Of a stretch of DNA of 64,000 nt, positions 49,932-60,087 are shown one piece after another. Position 1 is the first letter of the stretch. The number at the start of each line of letters is the position of its first letter. Under the pieces are notes generated by a model that was not told where the DNA came from, made no database searches, and was given only the letters and a program-made list of their open reading frames with translations. Origin of the DNA: an uncultured Candidatus Rokubacteria bacterium (GTDB lineage Bacteria > Methylomirabilota > Methylomirabilia > Rokubacteriales > DASRDR01); the NCBI GenBank assembly GCA_963708025.1, contig CAVPSB010000025.1, positions 384,001-448,000 of the forward strand. The letters run 5' to 3'. The position numbers and the translations under genes are program-made.

Positions 49932-52060
49932 ATGCCCCTTCGCTTCGACGAGAACGCACCGGTCCTCGAGATCACGGACCTGAGCGTCTCGTATTCGACC
50001 CGGGCCGGGGAGATCCCGGCCGTGATCGACTTCTCCCTCACCGTCAAGAAGGGGGAGAGCGTCGGACTCGTCGGCGAGTCCGGGTGCGGGAAGTCCACCG
50101 TCGCCCTGGCCATCATGCAGCACATGGGCCGTAACGGCGCCATCAAGAGCGGCAGCATCAGGTTCAAGGGCGTGGAGCTCACCACGCTCCGTCGGGAGGA
50201 GCTGCGCCAGTTGCGGGGCTCGAAAATATCGATGATCTACCAGGAGCCGTTCGCGGCCCTGAATCCGAGCCTCACCCTCGGCCGGCAGCTGATGGAGGTG
50301 CCGATCGTCCACGAGGGCATCGGCGAGCAGGAGGCGCGCGAGCGCGCGATTCGCGTGCTCGGCGACGTGCGGCTCCCGGACCCCGAGCGGGTCATGACCG
50401 CGTACCCCCACCAGATCTCGGGGGGCCAGCAGCAACGCGTGGTGATCGCCATGGCGCTGCTCTCGAACCCCGCCCTCCTGCTGCTCGACGAGCCGACCAC
50501 CGCCCTCGACGTCACGGTGGAGGCCGGCATCACCAAGCTCATCGGGGACATCAGCAAGCAGTACGGCACGTCGCAGATCTACATCTCCCACAACCTCGGG
50601 CTGATCCGCGAGGTCTGCGACCGCGTGTTCGTGATGTACTCGGGCGAGGTCGTCGAGGAAGGCACGATCCACTCGCTGTTCACGCGGCCGAAGCACCCCT
50701 ACACCCACGGTCTGTTCGGCTGCATCCCGCTGCCCAGCGCCGACAAGAACGCGGCTCCCCTCAAGCCGATCCGGGGCCAGCTTCCGCTGCCGCACGAGCG
50801 TCCGCAGGGCTGCAACTTCGGTCCGCGGTGCGACTTCTTCCAGGCGGGGCGGTGCGACGCGACGGACATCCCGATGACCGCGATCACCGGGGACGGCGCC
50901 ACCTCGGAGCACCGCGCGCGCTGCATCCGCTGGAGCGAGATCGACTTCGGCGCCGACGGTCGCCCGCGGCCAGGCGAAGGACCCGATGGAGATCGGCGAC
51001 ACGGTGCTCGAGGTCGAGCGGATGCAGAAGTACTACGAGGTGATGGACCGCTCCCTGGCGGCGATCATCTCGCGGGAAGCGCGTGCGGTACGTGAAGGCG
51101 AACGAGTCGCTCGACTTCGACGCGAGACGCGGCGAGACGGTCGCCATCGTCGGCGAGTCGGGCTGCGGGAAGTCGACGTTCGCCAAGGTGTTGATCGGGC
51201 TCGAGACCGCCACCGGCGGTGAGGTCCGCCACGACGGGCAGAACATCGCGCAGATCCCGGTCCGCGGTCGCTCGTCGAAGCAGATCGGCTCGTTGCAGAT
51301 GGTGTTCCAGAACCCGTTCGACACCCTGAACCCCAGTCACAGCATCGGCTCGCAGATCGCCCGCGTCATCAAGAAGTTCGGCGTCGAGACGGACAAGGCG
51401 AAGATCCGGGAACGGGTGTTCGCGCTCCTCGACACCGTCAAGCTGCCGAGGGACTTCTACTACCGGCGCCCGCGTCAGCTCTCCGGCGGTCAGAAGCAGC
51501 GCGTCGGGATCGCCCGCGCCTTCGCGGGCAATCCGTCGATGGTCATCGCGGACGAGCCGGTGTCGTCGCTCGACGTCTCGGTCGCGGCCGCGGTCACCGA
51601 GCTCCTGATGGACATCCAGCGAAAGCACAAGACCACACTGCTCTTCATCAGCCACGACCTGAGCGTCGTGCGCTACCTCGCGGACCGCATCGTGGTGATG
51701 TACCTCGGCCAGATCATGGAGCGCGGCACCACCGAGCAGGTCTTCGACCCGCCCTACCACCCCTACACGGAGGCCCTGCTCTCGGCGGTCCCGATCGCGG
51801 ACCCTCAGGTCACCAAGCGGGAGATCGTGCTCGAGGGCAACTTGCCGAGCGTGCTGAACCCGCCGAAAGGCTGTCCGTTCACCACGCGATGCCCGCGCAA
51901 GGTCGGCAGGATCTGCGACGACGAGCGCCCACCGGTGCAGATGACGGCCGAGGGACATGCCATCGCCTGTCACATCCCGCTCGCGGAGCTGCGCCGGGTC
52001 GAGCCGGTGATCACCGTACCGCGGGAGGAAGGGCCGCTCCAGGTCCAGCAGCACGCGTGA
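49932..52060 (+). CDS. Fused DppD-DppF ABC ATPase; frameshifts near 50960 and 51080
   Basis: Two GESGCGKST motifs, ISGGQQQR and LSGGQKQR, two Cys-rich oligopeptide C-terminal tails. Confidence 0.85.
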
Positions 52061-52159
52061 GCGCTCGTCGAGCGAGTCCCGCGACTACCGCTCGAGGGCG
52101 TTCCCCACGCGCTCGCGAGCGAGACGAACGGCATCGCGTCAGCCTGCGGAGGTGGAGAC

Positions 52160-52603
52160 GTGTACAAGCGAATCCTCGTCGGCCTCGACGGATCGAGTCA
52201 CGGGCTGCGGACCGCGGAGACGGCGGCCGGGCTCGCCGCCCGGTTCGGCGCCGAGCTCCACCTCCTGACCGTCACCCGGCCCTACGAGGTCTCGCTCGAG
52301 GTGCAGGAGTATCTCGAGGCGGAGAATCTGCTCGGCGAGCCGAGTTACGTGCTCGACGAGAAGACCCAGACGATCGTGGACAAGGCCAAGGCGATCGCCG
52401 AGCAGAACAAGGTCCGGAAGGTCCAGACCGTGGTCCGCGAGGGCAAGCCCGCGGCGATCCTCGTCGACTACGCGAAGAGCCACAAGATGGACCTCCTCGT
52501 GGTCGGGTCGCGGGGCGCGGGCGAGCTCGAGGCGGCGCTCCTCGGCAGCGTGTCGCAGAAGGTGAGCCAGCTCGCGGGCTGCAGCGTCCTCATCGTGAGG
52601 TAG
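52160..52603 (+). CDS. Universal stress protein
   Basis: YKRILVGLDGS, VVGSRG..LLGSVS. Confidence 0.93.
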   Translation: MYKRILVGLDGSSHGLRTAETAAGLAARFGAELHLLTVTRPYEVSLEVQEYLEAENLLGEPSYVLDEKTQTIVDKAKAIAEQNKVRKVQTVVREGKPAAILVDYAKSHKMDLLVVGSRGAGELEAALLGSVSQKVSQLAGCSVLIVR

Positions 52604-52724
52604 CAATCCGGGGAGGGGCGCACCGAAGAGGTCTCCGCGCTCCCCTATCAGCCATGCACGGAGGCGCTGCTCTCCGCGGGTGCCCGGGGTGCCCGAGCCT
52701 AGGGCATCCCGAGGCGGAAGCCAG

Positions 52725-53969
52725 TCAGCTCAGGAGCTTGGCGTCGTACGGATAGGTGCAGAGGAGCTGGGCGCCGTCCCGGGTCACCAGGATCTGATCC
52801 TCCAGCTTGACGCCGAAGGGGGCGCCCACCTTCCCGGCGTAGCACTCGAGGCAGAGGATCATGTTCTCCTTGATCTCGCGCTCGGGCATGATCCGCCGGG
52901 GGCCCCGGTCGTCGTCCGGGTAGGGGATGCCGGGCCCCTCGTCCTCCAGCCCGGCCTGGTGGACCATGGCGCCGTAGCGCTGGGCCTTGTAGGCCTCGGG
53001 GAGCTGGGGCGCCTTGTGGGCGAACTCCGCGAAGGTCAGGCCGGGCCGGACCAGGTCGAACATCCCGACGACGCAGTCGTAGGCCACGCGGTAGGCCTCC
53101 CGCTGCTCGGGCGATGACGTGTCGCCGCAGAGGAACGTGCGCGAGACGTCGATGACGTAGCCCTCGTAGCCGTTGGCGTCGGTGTCGACGCCGACCAGGT
53201 CGCCGGGCATGACGATCTTGTCGTGGGCCTCGCTCATCCAGGGGTTCGTGTTGGTGCCGGAGGCGACCAGCCGGGTGAAGAGGAACTCGCCGTGGCGCCG
53301 GAGCAGGGCATGCCCCAGCTCCGCCAACAGCTCGTACTCCCGGATGCCCGGGCGGATGGCGGCCTCGAAGTCGGCGAGGATGGCGTCGCCGATGCCGCCG
53401 TTGATGATCATGAGCTGGACTTCCTCGAGGGTCTTCACCTCGCGCGCGTCCACCGTGGCCGGGCCGGAGTCGGTCAGGGCGATGCCCTCCGCCTGGAGCG
53501 CGAGGAAGCCGAAGCCGTCGAGCTTGTCGACGGCCAGGCGCTCCCGCTCGAGGCCGAGCTCCTTCAGGACCGAGCGGATCGACTGCGCCCACTCGCGGGC
53601 CTTGTTGGCGGACTGCACGCCGCCGAACTGCCAGCCGAAGGCCGGCCGCACGTCGCGGACCAGCTTCTGGGAGACGTGGATGGAGCCCTTGTACTCGAAG
53701 AGGACGGGCGCGCCGTCGGCCGGCACCACGCAGTAGCGGGCGAAGGTGCCCGCCGTCCACACGCCCATGATGTCGGTGCCGGTGGCGTACCGGATGCTGG
53801 CCGGGTTGAAGAAGAGGCAGACCGGCAGGTCGTGACGCTTCATCATCGCCTGGAGCCGGGCCAGGCGACCGGCGCGCAGCTTCTCGAAGTTGACCTCGCT
53901 GAGGTTGGGCACCCGGAGCTGGTGGATGCGCGGGCGCATGGCCAGCAGTCGGCCCTGGTCGGTGATCAC
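52725..53969 (-). CDS. M24 metallopeptidase-fold protein, DddP (DMSP lyase)-like
   Basis: IRYATG..W, TRLVASGTNTNPW, DTD..DVSRT, YGAMVHQAGLEDE, CLE, VKLEDQ, TYPYD. Confidence 0.8.
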   Translation of the reverse strand: MITDQGRLLAMRPRIHQLRVPNLSEVNFEKLRAGRLARLQAMMKRHDLPVCLFFNPASIRYATGTDIMGVWTAGTFARYCVVPADGAPVLFEYKGSIHVSQKLVRDVRPAFGWQFGGVQSANKAREWAQSIRSVLKELGLERERLAVDKLDGFGFLALQAEGIALTDSGPATVDAREVKTLEEVQLMIINGGIGDAILADFEAAIRPGIREYELLAELGHALLRRHGEFLFTRLVASGTNTNPWMSEAHDKIVMPGDLVGVDTDANGYEGYVIDVSRTFLCGDTSSPEQREAYRVAYDCVVGMFDLVRPGLTFAEFAHKAPQLPEAYKAQRYGAMVHQAGLEDEGPGIPYPDDDRGPRRIMPEREIKENMILCLECYAGKVGAPFGVKLEDQILVTRDGAQLLCTYPYDAKLLS

Positions 53970-54249
53970 GGACGCGGACCTCCTTCCGCTCGGCGCGTCG
54001 CGTCGCGCGCGGCCGGGCCTACGAGGACACCGTGACGACGTGCAGGGCGCGTGAGGGGAGTGGGCTCCGAGCTCGGCCCGCCTGCGCGGTGACGCCAGAG
54101 TAGATCAGGCCGTTCCACGACGCAAGCCGGGGGCAACCGGACGGGCGACCGCCGGCCTGCCCGCTGGAATGCCGCCTCCAGGGTCGGATATGCTGGGGCC
54201 CGGCCGCCGGTCCGTGGGCCACCGTCCGGTCTGCTGGGAGGAGCGAGAG

Positions 54250-55137
54250 ATGCCGGTCCCTGTCGGCCTCAACGTGTGGTCGCGGCTGGTGGAGCACACC
54301 TTCCCGTACCTGGACCGGACGGCCGGTCCGTTCGACTCCCTCTGGTTCCCCGACCACGTCCAGTACGATGGTCACAAGGTCGCCGAGGGCTGGATCCTGC
54401 TGGCCTATGCCCTCGCCCGCTATCCGGACAAGCTGTGCGGCCACGAGGTCCTGTGCAACAGCTTCCGCAATCCGGCGCACCTGGCCAAGATGGTCGCCTC
54501 CGCTCAGGCGCTCTCGGGCGGTCGCGTGATCCTGGGCATCGGGGCGGGATGGAACGAGGAGGAGTACCTGGCCTACGGGTGGCCCTTCCCGCCGGCCCGG
54601 GTGCGGATCGCCCAGCTGGCCGAGGCCATCGAGCTGATCCGGTCGATGTGGACCCAGGCCCCGGCCAGCTACGAGGGCCAGCACTACCGGATCACCGGCG
54701 CCCGCTGCGAGCCGCGCCCCAGCCCGATCCCGCCCGTCATGGTCGGCGGCTCCGGGGAGAAGTATCTCCTGCGGGTCGTGGCCCGGCACGCCGACTGGTG
54801 GAACTACAGCTTTCGCAGCCGGGAGGACTATGCCCGCAAGCAGGAGGTGCTCGGGAATCACTGCCGGGACGTGGGCCGGGACTACGACGAGATCCGGCAG
54901 GTCGTCCGGGTGGGCATCCTGATCGCCGAGACGGAGCGCGAGGTCGAGCGCGCCAAGGCGCGGCCCGACATCCGGCCGCTGGCGGACATGCAGGTGGTCG
55001 GCACCCCGGCCCAGGTGACCGAGGCGCTGCTCGGCGTGATCGAGCAGGGGGCCGATCGCCTCACGGTCAACTTCGCCGACGTGCCCCACCCGGACGGGAC
55101 CACTCTGTTCGCCGCGGATGTCCTGCCCCACCTCTGA
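54250..55137 (+). CDS. LLM class flavin-dependent oxidoreductase
   Basis: FDSLWFPDH, FRNPAHLAKM, LGIGAGWNEEE, VGGSGE. Confidence 0.9.
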   Translation: MPVPVGLNVWSRLVEHTFPYLDRTAGPFDSLWFPDHVQYDGHKVAEGWILLAYALARYPDKLCGHEVLCNSFRNPAHLAKMVASAQALSGGRVILGIGAGWNEEEYLAYGWPFPPARVRIAQLAEAIELIRSMWTQAPASYEGQHYRITGARCEPRPSPIPPVMVGGSGEKYLLRVVARHADWWNYSFRSREDYARKQEVLGNHCRDVGRDYDEIRQVVRVGILIAETEREVERAKARPDIRPLADMQVVGTPAQVTEALLGVIEQGADRLTVNFADVPHPDGTTLFAADVLPHL

Positions 55138-55170
55138 GAGCGGGATCCCGCGCCCACACGACCCGCTGGC

Positions 55171-56156
55171 ATGAAGATCGCGATCCCGGGCGGCACCGGC
55201 CAGGTCGGCACACTCCTGGCGCGCGCGTTTCACGGAGACGGTCACGAGGTGGTCGTTCTCGGTCGCTCGCCGAAGTCGGCGCCGTGGCGGGTGGCGCGGT
55301 GGGATCCGGCGCAGCCTGGCCGGCTGGGTCCGCGAGCTCGACGGCGCGGACGTCGTGATCAATCTCGCGGGCCGGTCCGTCAACTGCCGGTACACGCCCC
55401 GGAATCGACAGGAGATCCTGCAATCGCGGGTCGCGTCCGTCGGCGCGGTGGGTCGCGCGATCGCGGAGGCGCGACGACCTCCGTCCGTGTGGCTCCAGGC
55501 GAGCACGGCGACGATCTACGCTCACCGCTACGATGCGCCCAACGACGAGGTGTCCGGCGTGATCGGCGGCGCGGAGCCGGGTGCTCCGGACACCTGGCGC
55601 TTCAGCATCGACGTGGCCACGGCGTGGGAGAAGGCACTCGACGAGGCTCCGGCGAGCGGGACGCGCAAGGTGAAGCTCCGATCCGCGATGATCATGAGTC
55701 CCGACTCCGGAGGGCATCTTCGACACGCTGCTGACGCTCGTGCGCCGCGGCCTCGGCGGGACGGCCGGCGACGGCCGCCAGTACGTCTCGTGGATCCACG
55801 AGGCGGACTTCGTCCGCGCCGTCTATTTCCTGATCGAGCGGGCCGAGCTCGACGGCGCGGTCAACCTGGCGTCGCCGAACCCGCTGCCGAACCAGGAGTT
55901 CATGGCCACCTTGCGCCGGACATGGGGAGCGCCCATCGGGCTGCCGTCGACCAGGTGGATGCTCGAGATCGGCGCCGTTCTCCTGAGGACCGAGACCGAG
56001 CTCATCCTGAAGAGCCGGCGTGTCGTTCCCGGCCGCCTGCTGCGCGGCGGGTTCTCGTTCAGATACGCCGAGTGGCCCGACGCCGCCCGCGAGCTGTGCG
56101 AGCGCTGGAAGGCCACGCGGGCGCGAGAAGAGCCGTCCAGCGACTCCCCACCGTAG
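55171..56156 (+). CDS. TIGR01777/YfcH-like NAD-dependent epimerase; frameshifts near 55320 and 55715
   Basis: GGTGQVG, INLAGRSV, QASTATIY, SWIHEAD, LKSRRVVP across three frames. Confidence 0.85.
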
Positions 56157-56200
56157 ATGACCCGCAGACTTTCCGGGATGTCGCCGCCGTCCAGGAAGCC

Positions 56201-57244
56201 CTACTGGATCACTCGGTCCGCGCGCATCAGGATCGCCTGGGGAACCTTGAGGCCGAGGGTCCTGGCGGTCGCGAGATTGACCATCATTTCGAATCGCATC
56301 GGCTGCTCCATGGGAAGGTCAGCCGGCTTGGCCCCCTTCAGCACCTTGTCAACGAAGGACGCGGCACGGCGGAACATGTCGTTCATGTTCGGGCCGTATG
56401 TCATCAGCGCCCCGAGCTCGGCCTGGTCGCGGAAGTCGGAGATCGTCGGTAGCCGGCTCTTGTTGGCGAGGTCGAGCAGTCGCACCTGATGCGTCAGGAT
56501 GATGGGCTCGGCGGTCAGGAGCAGGGCGCCGGCGCGCCGCTCGCGGATGCGTGAGAACACGCCGTCGAGATCAGCGGGGATTCGAAACGGCACGAGCTCC
56601 ACTTCCAGGCGCAAGAGCCGAGCCGCCTTCTCTGTCTCGGCCACGTGTGACCTGCTTGCCGGGTTGTCCGGATTGTAGAGCACGGCCACACGGGAGAGCG
56701 CCGGCACGACTTCCTTCAGCAGCTCGAGCTGCTTCGCTTCCAGCTCGTGCGACGGAAGGCTCAGACCCGTGATATTGCCGCCGGGCCGGGCGAGGCTTGT
56801 GACGAGCCCTCCCATCACCGGATCGGCAACCAGCGCTAGGACGATCGGTGTCGCCCGATTGGTCTGCGCGAAGGCCCGGAGCCACGGCGCGCCAACCGTG
56901 ACGAGCACGTCAACATTGAGGCGGATCAGCTCGTCAGCCAAACCGGGGAGCCGCTCGTACTGTCCTAGCGCAGAACGCCACTCGATCACGATGCTCTGCC
57001 CTTCGACGTATCCGAGGTCGCGGAGACCGAGACGGAATGCCTCGTCCGCCATCAGGTTCTCCGGGTCCTTCTGAGCGAATGGCGGAGAGAGGCGCTCTCC
57101 GCGAGGGGTGGGACACAGCCACGGACACACCACTCCGACCCGAGGGATCTTGCCCGTCGGCTGCGCGCCGACGGTCGGTGAGCCCGCGGGCAGGCCGGGA
57201 AGGAACGTCAGCAGCACGAGGAAGGCGATGGCCAGCCGCGTCAT
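56201..57244 (-). CDS. Orphan ABC substrate-binding protein (ABC_sub_bind type)
   Basis: LGYVEGQ, SLARPGGNITG, KQLELLKE, KGAKPADLPMEQP, RADRVIQ. Confidence 0.92.
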   Translation of the reverse strand: MTRLAIAFLVLLTFLPGLPAGSPTVGAQPTGKIPRVGVVCPWLCPTPRGERLSPPFAQKDPENLMADEAFRLGLRDLGYVEGQSIVIEWRSALGQYERLPGLADELIRLNVDVLVTVGAPWLRAFAQTNRATPIVLALVADPVMGGLVTSLARPGGNITGLSLPSHELEAKQLELLKEVVPALSRVAVLYNPDNPASRSHVAETEKAARLLRLEVELVPFRIPADLDGVFSRIRERRAGALLLTAEPIILTHQVRLLDLANKSRLPTISDFRDQAELGALMTYGPNMNDMFRRAASFVDKVLKGAKPADLPMEQPMRFEMMVNLATARTLGLKVPQAILMRADRVIQ

Positions 57245-57422
57245 TGGCGACCCCCGATGGGCGAGATGCTACGCCGGGAGACGGGGCGCGGTCAAACAGC
57301 CCCCGAGATTGCCTTCGCGGACGGGCGGCGAGGCCGGCCGGGCGAGCGGCGCCCGCCTTGGCCAGGAGCCCGGAAACCCTCACGCCGCGGCCCGATCGAC
57401 CGACCGGCAGCCTCGGTACGAC

Positions 57423-58205
57423 CTACCAGAGGGTGTAGCCGCCGTCGATGACCAGGACGGCGCCGGTCATGTAGCGGGAGGCGTCGCTGGCCAGGTACAC
57501 GGCGAGCGGCGCCAGGTCTTCGGGCTCGCCGTAGTCGCCCATGGGGACCTGGGCCTTGAACGTCTCGACGATCGCCGGGTTGACCGTCTTCCAGCGGACG
57601 TTCGGCGCCGTCATGAAGCCGCCGGGCGCGATGGCGTTGACCGTCACCCGGTGGGGCGCCCAGTCGGCGGCGGTGGCCCGGGTGAAGGCGATGACCGCGG
57701 CCTTGGCCGTCTCGTAGCTCCGTCCCCCGATGCCGCGGTTCGAGATGATCCCCGAGATCGACGCGATGTTGATGACCCGTCCGCCCTGGCCCCGCGCCAC
57801 CATGGCGCCGCCGATCAGCTTGGTGCAGACGAAGGTGCTGGTCAGGTTGAGATCGATGAGCGATTGCCAGGTCTCGAGGGGCAGGTCCGGGGTCGGGATG
57901 TCCACGCGGCGCCCGCCGACGTTGTTGATCAGGATGTCGATCGGCCCGTGGTCGGCCAGAGCCGTCCGGCAGGCGCGCTCCGCCTCCTCGGGGCGGCCGA
58001 CGTCCGCCTGGATGGTGAAGGCGCGCCGCCCGCGGGCCCGGACGTCGGCGGCCGTCTGGTCCAGGCTCGGCTGCTCGCGGCCGACCAGGACCACGTCGGC
58101 GCCGGCCTCGGCGATCCCCAGGGCCATCTCGCGGCCGAGCCCGCGGCTCCCGCCGGTGATGAACAGGCGCTTCCCGTCGAGCCGGAACCGGTCCAGGACG
58201 GACAT
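57423..58205 (-). CDS. SDR family oxidoreductase
   Basis: TGGSRGLG, INIAS, YETAK, VNAIAPG, IDGG. Confidence 0.92.
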   Translation of the reverse strand: MSVLDRFRLDGKRLFITGGSRGLGREMALGIAEAGADVVLVGREQPSLDQTAADVRARGRRAFTIQADVGRPEEAERACRTALADHGPIDILINNVGGRRVDIPTPDLPLETWQSLIDLNLTSTFVCTKLIGGAMVARGQGGRVINIASISGIISNRGIGGRSYETAKAAVIAFTRATAADWAPHRVTVNAIAPGGFMTAPNVRWKTVNPAIVETFKAQVPMGDYGEPEDLAPLAVYLASDASRYMTGAVLVIDGGYTLW

Positions 58206-58275
58206 TCGTCACCTCCCTCCTCCCCCCCCCAGCCCCCCTCCCCCACCCACTGGGGGGAGGGGGGGGCCGGAGGTG
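58206..58275 (-). repeat. C/G-tract intergenic element, copy D, abutting the SDR ATG
   Basis: Reverse strand reads cctccggc-C tract-agtgggtgggggaggggggct-G tract-aggagggaggtgacgaATG. Confidence 0.85.
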
Positions 58276-58297
58276 CAGGTGAGATACCCCCGGATGT

Positions 58298-59272
58298 TCA
58301 GACCAGGTCGCGGGGCACCGTGGTGTTCCAGCTCCGGGGGAAGACGCGGCCCTCGCCCTCGAAGGCGTCCAGGATGGCCTGCACCCGGAACTCCTCGCGC
58401 GTCGCCGTGAGGATGGTGCGGGTGCGGGCCTCGACGCGCCAGTCGCCCCGCCGCATCCGGACGGTCGAGGCCACCTCCGCCCGCGCCGAGAGCGGGTCGT
58501 CGGGTCGGATGTCGTAGCGCTCGGTGACGACGGTCTGCACGGTGAGGTCGATGTCGTCCAGCCGGTAGAGCCCGCTGTCCTGGAGGATCTCCTGCGTGAC
58601 CACGTCGGCGGCGACGTCGTGGTGGACCGTCCGCCCCCCGCGGGCGGGCTCCAGCATCGGCCAGACGATCGGCCAGTAGGCGGTGGAGAGGGCGAGGCGC
58701 ACCCGATGGCCCGGGGGGAAGGCCTGGGCCACGTCGCCGAGCGGGAGCCGCACGCGGTAGCGGCGTCCGGGCGTGAGCGGCGCCGGCGCCTCGTGGCCGT
58801 CGCGATGGGTCAGGTTGAGCAGGCCGTAGGTGACGCGGGTGGCGGCGCCGTCCGGGGCGACGTCGGAGAGCCGGGCGGCCACGAGGGCGACGGGGCGGTC
58901 GGCGGCCAGCTCCAGCTCCACCACCGGCGCGCCGAGGATCTCCACGCGCTCACCCAGCGGCTCGGTGTCGAAGACGAGCGACCCGCCGTCCTCGAAGCGC
59001 TGGTCGGTCGGCAGGTCCAGCCCGGTGCCGTGGGCGCACCAGCGCCCGGCGTGGAGGCCGACGGTTTCCGGCGAGCGCAGATGGAGCTCGACCTCGCGTC
59101 CCGGTGCCGGCTCCAGCCGACCCGGCGTGAGCGCGAGCCGCCAGGGGCGGATGCGCGGCGACGGCCAGGCGGACTCCCCGATCCATCGGCCCGGACGCTC
59201 GGGGTAGTGATGGGCGGGCGGGACGCTCTCCTGCATCCAGAGGCGCAGGAGCGGCTCGCGTCGCGCCGTCAC
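58298..59272 (-). pseudogene. CocE/NonD hydrolase, C-terminal domain only
   Basis: EPLLRLWMQ..GRWIGE..WPSP, VTYGLLNLTHR, LALSTAYWP; catalytic N-terminal domain absent. Confidence 0.75.
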
Positions 59273-59544
59273 CGGTCGGTCAGCAGACGATCGGCCTCCG
59301 CAAGAACCTCGTCGAGGTCATGCCCCTTGGCGGTCGCAATCTCGCGCTCGCCTCGTGCAAGGATCCGGAGGATCTGTCGCTCATGCTCAGAGCGCTCGTA
59401 CGCTTCGACGCTGAGCATGACGGCTGCCGCCCTTCCTCGCTGCGTGATGACGAGGGGCTGCTTTGTGGCGCGAATCCGTCTGAGGGCCGCGGCCGCGTCT
59501 TGCCGAAGATCGGTGACCGGGATGATGTCGGGGACCTTGGGCAT
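59269..59544 (-). CDS. Phd/YefM family antitoxin (orphan)
   Basis: IIPVTDLRQ..PLVITQRGRAAAVMLSVEAYE; AAGGAG RBS. Confidence 0.9.
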   Translation of the reverse strand: MPKVPDIIPVTDLRQDAAAALRRIRATKQPLVITQRGRAAAVMLSVEAYERSEHERQILRILARGEREIATAKGHDLDEVLAEADRLLTDR

Positions 59545-59556
59545 CGATGTCTCCTT

Positions 59557-59590
59557 CCGTACGCCCAAGAGTACCTTCAACCGTACCCCC
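59557..59590. promoter_or_regulatory. Putative antitoxin operator: three GTAC cores 12 bp apart
   Basis: GTAC at 59559, 59571 and 59583. Confidence 0.6.
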
Positions 59591-59690
59591 AAGCAACGTC
59601 CTCGGATCCGCTACGGACTGACCCCACAGCGGTCAGCGGGGGGCAACGCGAGCCCCTGGTCGACGGCACAGCCCGGTCAGGCAGCGTCGG

Positions 59691-60011
59691 TCACCTCTTG
59701 CGCAGGTGGATCACCCTCGGCGCGGAGCCCTCGGCGCCGCGGGAGTCGTCTGCCCGGCGCAAGAGTGTGGGTGCAACGTTCCAGCGCTGGCCGCTGTCGG
59801 TGATGACGGTGACCGTCTTCCGGTTGTAGCGAGTCAGCATGCCGATCACGACCGGACGGCCTTCCGGCTGGAACGAAACACGATCACCGATCCTGAACTC
59901 TAGCATCTCGGCGTGCGCCCGCATCTGATGCAGGAACCTCAACCGCTCGACGATCCTGTTGTTGAGGTCGATGAGCTCCGATTCGGTGAGCCGGTCGATG
60001 TCGATGCCCAT
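59691..60011 (-). CDS. Hypothetical protein (helical N-terminus plus SH3/KOW-like beta domain)
   Basis: FRIGDRVSF..RYNRKTVTV..WNVAP; AGGGAG RBS. Confidence 0.7.
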   Translation of the reverse strand: MGIDIDRLTESELIDLNNRIVERLRFLHQMRAHAEMLEFRIGDRVSFQPEGRPVVIGMLTRYNRKTVTVITDSGQRWNVAPTLLRRADDSRGAEGSAPRVIHLRKR

Positions 60012-60026
60012 TCACACTCCCTTGGT

Positions 60027-60087
60027 CGGAGGAAGCGGACCTCGTCCAGGTACGGCTTGCCGGCCTGCCAGTAGTCGGCACGCCGCT
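60027..60087 (-). pseudogene. About 60-bp scrap of a family 5 SBP gene
   Basis: RRADYWQAGKPYLDEVRF; compare KYFKPSKPYLDRVIF in 34493-36037. Confidence 0.6.

Noticed and set aside
56157-56489. Plus-strand ORFs over the ABC_sub_bind gene
   Set aside because: Antisense shadow of 56201-57244.
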